A stretch of DNA of 64,000 nucleotides from a virus (lineage: Duplodnaviria; Caudoviricetes), in IMG/VR virus record IMGVR_UViG_3300035670_000187, positions 1,697 to 65,696 of that record. One strand, written 5' to 3'. Below are positions 59,101 to 64,000 of the stretch, piece after piece. Made by a program: the position numbers and the translations under genes. The notes under the pieces are model-generated. The model did no database searches. It was not told the DNA's origin and saw only the letters and a program-made list of their open reading frames with translations. Position 1 is the first letter of the stretch. The number at the start of each line of letters is the position of its first letter.

Positions 59101-60475
59101 CGATGGGAAATTAGGAATTGGCACAACAAATCCAAGCGCGCAATTATTTGTTGCTTCATCAGAAACTGGATACACTGCAAACCTAGCAGAAACAGTAACT
59201 AAAGCAGCTGTTTTATTTAAAACACATAGTTCAGATTCTACTGTTACTTCATTTGGTGGAATTTCAGGTGGAAATGCGTACATTCAAAGAACTAATGGTG
59301 CAGGAACTACTTCATATTCTATTTGTCTGAATCCTTTTGGTGGAAATATTGGTATCGGCACAACAAGTCCATCTAGTGTATTCCACATGAAAGGCGCTGC
59401 AAGTGCGGATGCAACTCTGACAATTGAAACCAGTGCAAACAATGATTATGCAGGAATAATTAGTTTTGCTGACGCTGGTGGCTCTTCTGCTTCTATTTTT
59501 TATAGTCACTACAGCAGCGTAATGGTATTCAATGTTGCAGGTGGTGAACGTTTGCGCATTAATAGCGACGGCAATATTGGCATTAGCACAACAAGTCCTG
59601 CCAATAGATTAGATATCTGGTCACCAGATGGAGAAGGCGCTAGATTTAGAATTGTTACAAAAACTAGTGGTACAAGTTCATTTCAACAAATAGCCTTAAT
59701 GGGTCACACTGGTTCTACTGTGAATGATGGATTTTTTCAATTATTTGATAATGGAACTGCGAAAATAAGTATGGCTGCAAATGCATCTAGAGGTGGTGAT
59801 ACTTATTTTAATACTGGTGGATATTTATATGTGGGTAAAACGTCTGACTCGAACGATGTTGGTTTGTCGTTAGGTGGTGACGGATTTTTTAGAACTATTC
59901 GCAATGGTGCTGCAAACATAATTTGCGACCGACTTTCTAACGACGGAGATTTAATTATATTTAGACAGGATGGTAATAGTGAAGGTTCCATCTCCGTCAG
60001 CGGCAGCGCCGTCTCTTACAACGGTGGTCACTTAGCTCGTTGGTCACAAACGACCGATAACACCCGCATCGAATTACTTAAAGGCACAGTCATGTCAAAC
60101 CTTGACCAAATGGCAGAGTGGATCGATCCAGAAACAGGTGAGCCACAACAAAACGAACAGCTCAACTGCATGAAAGTGTCAGATGTTGAGGGCGATGTAA
60201 ACGTCGCTGGCGTGTTCGTGAATTGGGACAACGATGACGATGTGTTCGCCAATGATATGAACATCGCAATGACAGGCGACATGATTATCCGAATCGCTCA
60301 AGGTGTCACAGTGCAGCGCGGTGATTTGTTGATGTCTGCTGGCGACGGTACAGCGAAGCCACAAGGCGATGACATCATCCGAAGCAAAACGATTGCAAAA
60401 GTCACTTCAACGCATGTCACTTGCACTTATGAAGACGGTTCTTATTGCGTTCCATGTGTGTTGATGGCTTGCTAA
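56159..60475 (+). CDS. Tail fibre protein D with probable C-terminal autocleaving chaperone (peptidase G2/IMC-like)
   Basis: GGTGA start, heptads, four ~70-aa repeats, two KAGDTMTG, GNIGIG repeats, C-terminal GHLARWSQ...GDLLMSAGDGTAKPQ...VPCVLMAC. Confidence 0.82.
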   Translation: MTTRVSIRYGGTGANTAADARAALGVSSSETTNAAYTQANSAFDQANSAYNAANLKLDLTGGTISGNLTVSGNLEVLGNSTTLNVETLLVEDNEIILNSNVAGSPTLNAFITVNRGSSPNTFVKWDEDDNKWGWSDDGSNTFYFNTALDAYDAANTANTNALAAYGQANDAYAAANTANTNALAAYDQANSAFDQANLAYDQANTAYGQANDAYAAANTANTNALAAYGQANSAYDQANSAYTQANDAYTAANSAANTVRVSQNSGSTLSAKQLNFVNTANVTIAVTDSGDGNANIEFEVAAGGSGIADFPVSANSGSTVTANALNFINTSSVTVSVQSGIDGNANISFTSVGAAANLEILDDGSSLTAAVTSIDFVGSGVTATANGSDVTVTITGGGGTETVAKSDLFTAANGDANLTYSLTYAVPGTDYVFVNKNGIALVPGTDFVIESFQTLRVIDTGETGDVIEAHYFTPASTILIPNTDIIIDTNTVTAQTNTFYLSANITSINLLTVTKNGLTLTPNSHFTLSDNNTITLTTVAEVDDELVFRFFRDVTLERANSNNSVSSTFTANGSANVFFMDSHATSNNNVLVTIDGVVLIPVDDYTVDGPILTINYMPPNGAKIEARTITGGGDGGGATLGFVRDSFVGDGNTVNYTLTVAPYDEDNCLVYVDRVLQRNNEYNVSTTTLTFDSAPDANAVIDVFTTTYKATSFALMKAGDTMTGNLNVSATLITQNVEPVANVTYDLGTSTKRFKDLWLSNSTIYLGEATISANGGNIVVPSIQTSSGVNVEAVLADAYNQANSAFDAANNRVLKAGDTMTGLLNVANNLVVTGNVAIGVSSTSNTVQINAEFPTIRLEETGSGGSKRLEFSVANDGVALISAGQSSQSLAFGTVGSERMRIGSNGAVLVGTTSDPTGGTTQHFFSHSGNNPTAFIIGDANNSANATGLYLRSTDPRLVRPTGMPIYIADTAGTKHVTVLGDGKLGIGTTNPSAQLFVASSETGYTANLAETVTKAAVLFKTHSSDSTVTSFGGISGGNAYIQRTNGAGTTSYSICLNPFGGNIGIGTTSPSSVFHMKGAASADATLTIETSANNDYAGIISFADAGGSSASIFYSHYSSVMVFNVAGGERLRINSDGNIGISTTSPANRLDIWSPDGEGARFRIVTKTSGTSSFQQIALMGHTGSTVNDGFFQLFDNGTAKISMAANASRGGDTYFNTGGYLYVGKTSDSNDVGLSLGGDGFFRTIRNGAANIICDRLSNDGDLIIFRQDGNSEGSISVSGSAVSYNGGHLARWSQTTDNTRIELLKGTVMSNLDQMAEWIDPETGEPQQNEQLNCMKVSDVEGDVNVAGVFVNWDNDDDVFANDMNIAMTGDMIIRIAQGVTVQRGDLLMSAGDGTAKPQGDDIIRSKTIAKVTSTHVTCTYEDGSYCVPCVLMAC
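56600..56930 (+). repeat. Heptad-type coiled-coil repeat (AYxQAN / AANTANTNALA)
   Basis: Three AANTANTNALAAY units interspersed with QANxAY heptads. Confidence 0.85.
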
Positions 60476-60498
60476 TAGATTAGAAAATAGGAATTACA

Positions 60499-62325
60499 AT
60501 GTCAAAACAACAAGTTTCAATTTTCATGGGTGGCACTGGTGCGAACACGGCATCAGACGCACGCACAAATCTTGGTGTTGTTGCTGTGTCTGGCGACACC
60601 ATGACAGGAAATCTGAATGTTGCTGCCACATTGATCACTCAAAACGTCATTCCGAATGCTAACATCACCTATGATCTTGGAAGTAGTGAAGCAAGATTCA
60701 AAGATCTTTGGTTGAGCAACAGCACGATTTATTTGGGAGAAGCATCGATTTCCGCACAAGGTGGGAATGTGTCCTTTGGGAATGCGGAAATTCAATTGTC
60801 CAACGTGACGACGAAGTTGAATGTGACCAATGATCTGTTTGTGAGTGGGAATGTTGGGATTGGAACAGAGAGTCCTGCAGCCAAACTACACTTAGGAGGT
60901 TTGGCGCCATTAGATTCTATTATTCGCCAAGACTCTACAGCTTCGGGCACTAATTGGGAAATTGGGGAAAGAGAAGCAGGAAAGTGGCAAATCTGGGAAG
61001 ATGATTCAGACAATGTTGTAGCTACTTTTACATCAACAGGAAATACTGGTATTGGAACAACTAGTCCATTAACAAAACTTGACATTTTAGATTCTAATGC
61101 AACAAATCGAGTTGTAACAATAAAACGAGGTTTGCAGGGATCAGAGGCAAATTTGTCAACCTCTTTTGGCGCTCCATATTTGCAAGTAGGTGGTAATGAA
61201 TATAAATTAAATTCCCTTCAAAGTATTGGATTTGGCTATGTTACTGGTGGATCTAATCCCCCAGGGGAAATAGGATTTGTAACCAGAACAACTAGCGGTT
61301 TTACATATGGCGATTTCGTCATAGGAACTAGAACTGTTACTACTGATACTGCGGTAAGTGAATGTATGAGAATTACGGCAGAAGGTAACGTCAGTATTGG
61401 AACAACATCACCTATTGCTAATGGAACACTAACAATCCATACTAGTAAACCTATAATTACATTATCTTCAACAAATTATGCCAGTCAATATATGACAACG
61501 CTTGGCACTTATTCTGGAGCAGAAGCATTTTTGATTTTCGGCAATAATGGCAGAAATGAAATTAGAGCAGGCAGAACTAATCCTGGTGGCTATCTAGACT
61601 TTTTTGCAAACAATACAGTTGATCAAGAAGCAAGTTCTGACGGCAATTTTATTGCTAGAATGCATGCAAACGGAACAACAAGTTTTGGAACAACAAATGT
61701 GTTTGGAGCAAGTCGTCCAACAGTTTCAATTTATAGTGAGAGCAGACCATTAGTGTTAAAATCGAATACTGCAGATTATACTATGCTTTCGATTTCTTCA
61801 GTAAATAAGGAATATGGATTTTATCATGACGCAGGTAATACCTTTATTTTGAGAGAAGTTGCTGTTATTAATGCTATAGAAGTAAACCCTGGTGGACGTA
61901 TTAATTATCCAGGACAACCAGCATTTTCTATGTTTGGGACAAGTTATACACAAGACTCGCAGGCATCAGGCATTCGAACAGTAATTATACCAGCGAGCAC
62001 AGAATTTAACATTGGCAATCATTATAATACATCTACTGGTGTATTTACTGCACCAGTGGCTGGTAGATATTACTTTGCATTTTGGGGACTAGCCTATCCT
62101 CTTCAAGAAAACGATCGTGTAAGCATTGCATATAGAAAAAATGGTAGCGTGGTTTTTATAGTAGAACATAATGGTAATTCTGGAAGTCATACTGAAACTT
62201 CAGGATGTATATTTTTAAGCCTTGCAGCTAATGATACGGTCGATCTAACATTCAGACGTGATGCAGGCGATTTAGCTTCTGCATACAGCACACAATGGAC
62301 TATGGTAGGATATATGGTTTCTTGA
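60499..62325 (+). CDS. Tail fibre protein E with C-terminal C1q-like domain
   Basis: GGTGA..ARTNLG start; QPAFS...FNIGNHYNTSTGVFTAPVAGRYYF...LSLAANDTV. Confidence 0.82.
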   Translation: MSKQQVSIFMGGTGANTASDARTNLGVVAVSGDTMTGNLNVAATLITQNVIPNANITYDLGSSEARFKDLWLSNSTIYLGEASISAQGGNVSFGNAEIQLSNVTTKLNVTNDLFVSGNVGIGTESPAAKLHLGGLAPLDSIIRQDSTASGTNWEIGEREAGKWQIWEDDSDNVVATFTSTGNTGIGTTSPLTKLDILDSNATNRVVTIKRGLQGSEANLSTSFGAPYLQVGGNEYKLNSLQSIGFGYVTGGSNPPGEIGFVTRTTSGFTYGDFVIGTRTVTTDTAVSECMRITAEGNVSIGTTSPIANGTLTIHTSKPIITLSSTNYASQYMTTLGTYSGAEAFLIFGNNGRNEIRAGRTNPGGYLDFFANNTVDQEASSDGNFIARMHANGTTSFGTTNVFGASRPTVSIYSESRPLVLKSNTADYTMLSISSVNKEYGFYHDAGNTFILREVAVINAIEVNPGGRINYPGQPAFSMFGTSYTQDSQASGIRTVIIPASTEFNIGNHYNTSTGVFTAPVAGRYYFAFWGLAYPLQENDRVSIAYRKNGSVVFIVEHNGNSGSHTETSGCIFLSLAANDTVDLTFRRDAGDLASAYSTQWTMVGYMVS

Positions 62326-62333
62326 TCTATCAA

Positions 62334-62341
62334 GATAAATA
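62334..62341 (+). promoter_or_regulatory. Late-promoter variant GATAAATA
   Basis: Intergenic, upstream of 62373. Confidence 0.5.
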
Positions 62342-62372
62342 TCAATATTAATTTCAACAGGAAAAATTTATA

Positions 62373-62642
62373 ATGTCAGTACAATACACAATAACTCTAT
62401 CAGCAGCTGAAGACAAGGCACTTGCTTACGTTGCTGCTTCTCAGCAAGACTGGATCGACAATGCAGTTCATGAGCGTTGCCGTATTGCAATTGACGAGAT
62501 TGTCAATGCAGAAGTTCAGCGCAAACTCGCAGCTGGCGAATCCATCACTGGAACAAAGGACGACATCGTTCTTGCTGCTCCAATCAAGTCTGCTGCAGAA
62601 CGCAATGCTGAAGCTGCTGCAATGACTGCAAACACTGCTTAA
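62373..62642 (+). CDS. Small fibre-partner protein
   Basis: YTITLSAAEDKAL...QDWIDNAVHERCRIAIDEI; follows the C1q-like fibre. Confidence 0.7.
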   Translation: MSVQYTITLSAAEDKALAYVAASQQDWIDNAVHERCRIAIDEIVNAEVQRKLAAGESITGTKDDIVLAAPIKSAAERNAEAAAMTANTA

Positions 62643-62653
62643 AGAGAATCTAA

Positions 62654-63586
62654 ATGGCTGGAAAACTCTCAGGATCCGCAATTCAAACTGGAACGATCAC
62701 TTCCACTCAGCTTTCTACTGAGCTGGGTCCAGTGTCAAGTGAACTGCAGCTAGTGGGTTCTGGAGTTTCTTTGAATGTTTCAAACAATGCAGTGTTCAGT
62801 GGGAATGTTGGGATTGGGACGGCGAGTCCAACAGCGAAACTGTCGGTTGATGGTTCTGTTGTGTTTAATGAATCAGGTGCTGACGTCGACTTTCGTGTGG
62901 AAGGCGACACTGACGCAAATCTTTTGTTTGTGGATGCGTCGACGGACAGGATTGGTATTGGAAAAAATAATCCTGCTTATAAATTAGATATCAGCGGTGG
63001 TGTTTCAATTAATGGTAAATCATTGATTGGTGCAAGTGGTTATTTTATATGCGGATCAGCTGGGTTTAGATGGAATAACAATACTGATGGTTTTAACAAC
63101 GTTGTTATGAATGACAACGGAACAACTGGATTTAGGAACGCTATCGGATTAGGACTGGCGGACCTTACAACCGTAACCACTTCTGGGGTTGGTGTTCAGT
63201 TTCCAGCCACACAATCCGCATCGTCTGACGCCAACACGCTGGACGATTATGAGGAAGGGACTTGGACGCCTAGTGTTGCGGCTGGATCAATCACAGGAAC
63301 AGGTATTACATATGATGGACAATATACAAAAATAGGGCGTGTAGTGCATTTATCTTTAAAGATAGCGACGACTGTTAATGATTTACAGATTGGAAGTTAT
63401 GTTCTATTTTCGGGATTACCTTATACGCTTTATGCAACATCTTCTGGAGTCGTGACAAGCGAAGACCCAGATATAACAAGTACAAACGGATTTTGCCACG
63501 CAGGTGGGACAACAATTCTTATTGGTGCTAGTGGCTCTCCTGCATCTACACAAACTTTGTTTTGCACCATAGTTGCATTTGTTTAA
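62654..63586 (+). CDS. Short tail fibre F (DANTLDDYEEGTWTP type)
   Basis: GNVGIGT, DFRVEGD, DANTLDDYEEGTWTP, YTKIGRVVH, GLPY. Confidence 0.82.
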   Translation: MAGKLSGSAIQTGTITSTQLSTELGPVSSELQLVGSGVSLNVSNNAVFSGNVGIGTASPTAKLSVDGSVVFNESGADVDFRVEGDTDANLLFVDASTDRIGIGKNNPAYKLDISGGVSINGKSLIGASGYFICGSAGFRWNNNTDGFNNVVMNDNGTTGFRNAIGLGLADLTTVTTSGVGVQFPATQSASSDANTLDDYEEGTWTPSVAAGSITGTGITYDGQYTKIGRVVHLSLKIATTVNDLQIGSYVLFSGLPYTLYATSSGVVTSEDPDITSTNGFCHAGGTTILIGASGSPASTQTLFCTIVAFV

Positions 63587-63639
63587 TTATCTGCATCGGA
63601 CGGTGCAGACGGACAGTCCTTTAACCATAGGAGATAAAA

Positions 63640-63909
63640 ATGGCAAATTTCGAAGAAAAAGTTTATATTAGTGAATTTAATATCCAACAAAATGGATCTA
63701 TTAATGTTCGCAAAACAACAGAAGTTTTAAAAGATGGAGTGTCAATCTCAAAGACCTACTGGCGATGTGTGTTGGCTCCATCAGAAACAATAGATACAGA
63801 AGTGCTCAATGAACCTTATTATGCCAATCTGGCTCAAGCAGCATGGACACCAGAAGTGATTGCAGCATATCAACAGGCACAACAAGAAGCATTAATGTCT
63901 AGACCATAA
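63640..63909 (+). CDS. Small fibre assembly chaperone-like protein
   Basis: INVRKTTEVLKDG..ISKTYWRCVLAP...AAWTPEVIAAY; SD AGGAG. Confidence 0.75.
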   Translation: MANFEEKVYISEFNIQQNGSINVRKTTEVLKDGVSISKTYWRCVLAPSETIDTEVLNEPYYANLAQAAWTPEVIAAYQQAQQEALMSRP

Positions 63910-63919
63910 GAGATCCTAA

Positions 63920-64000
63920 ATGTCATCACCAAAAATCTATCAAGTCGCAAATCTTCAAAGCTCATTGAGTGATCGTGTGCTCAAGGCTGGCGACACGATG
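63920..64000 (+). CDS. Start of a further fibre gene (truncated by the window end)
   Basis: MSSPKIYQVANLQSSLSDRVLKAGDTM; same RVLKAGDTM motif as fibres C and D. Confidence 0.7.
   Translation, partial: MSSPKIYQVANLQSSLSDRVLKAGDTM

Overview
AT-rich, gene-dense segment of a large T4-like myovirus genome, covering the virion structural region. Standard genetic code (TAA, TAG and TGA all act as stops). 1-4696 (minus strand): a tape-measure/hub-like protein with a C-terminal M15 peptidase motif (missing from the ORF track, runs off the window), then gp51, gp26, a gp54/gp19-like tube protein, gp2 and gp4. 4719-26479 (plus strand): gp48, gp53, hub, a lysozyme-less gp5, an orphan, gp25, gp6, gp7, gp8 and a VrlC-like protein split into two genes. 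26482-34932 is the most unusual module: a fibre, a free paralog of its tip domain, a glutaredoxin-like protein and a 956-aa Gly-X-X protein with four length-matched arms and two Cys-bearing tip loops. Behind a sigma70-type promoter then follow an unknown conserved protein, a prolyl-hydroxylase-type 2OG-Fe(II) oxygenase, a Cys-rich protein and a sulfotransferase. 34977-64000 is a ~29 kb array of mosaic tail-fibre genes with shared stalk modules, variable heptad numbers, a DNA-conserved junction and different tips and chaperones. No tRNA, rRNA, CRISPR array, reverse transcriptase or recombinase was seen. All family calls come from motif recognition by eye, not from database searches, and the host cannot be determined.
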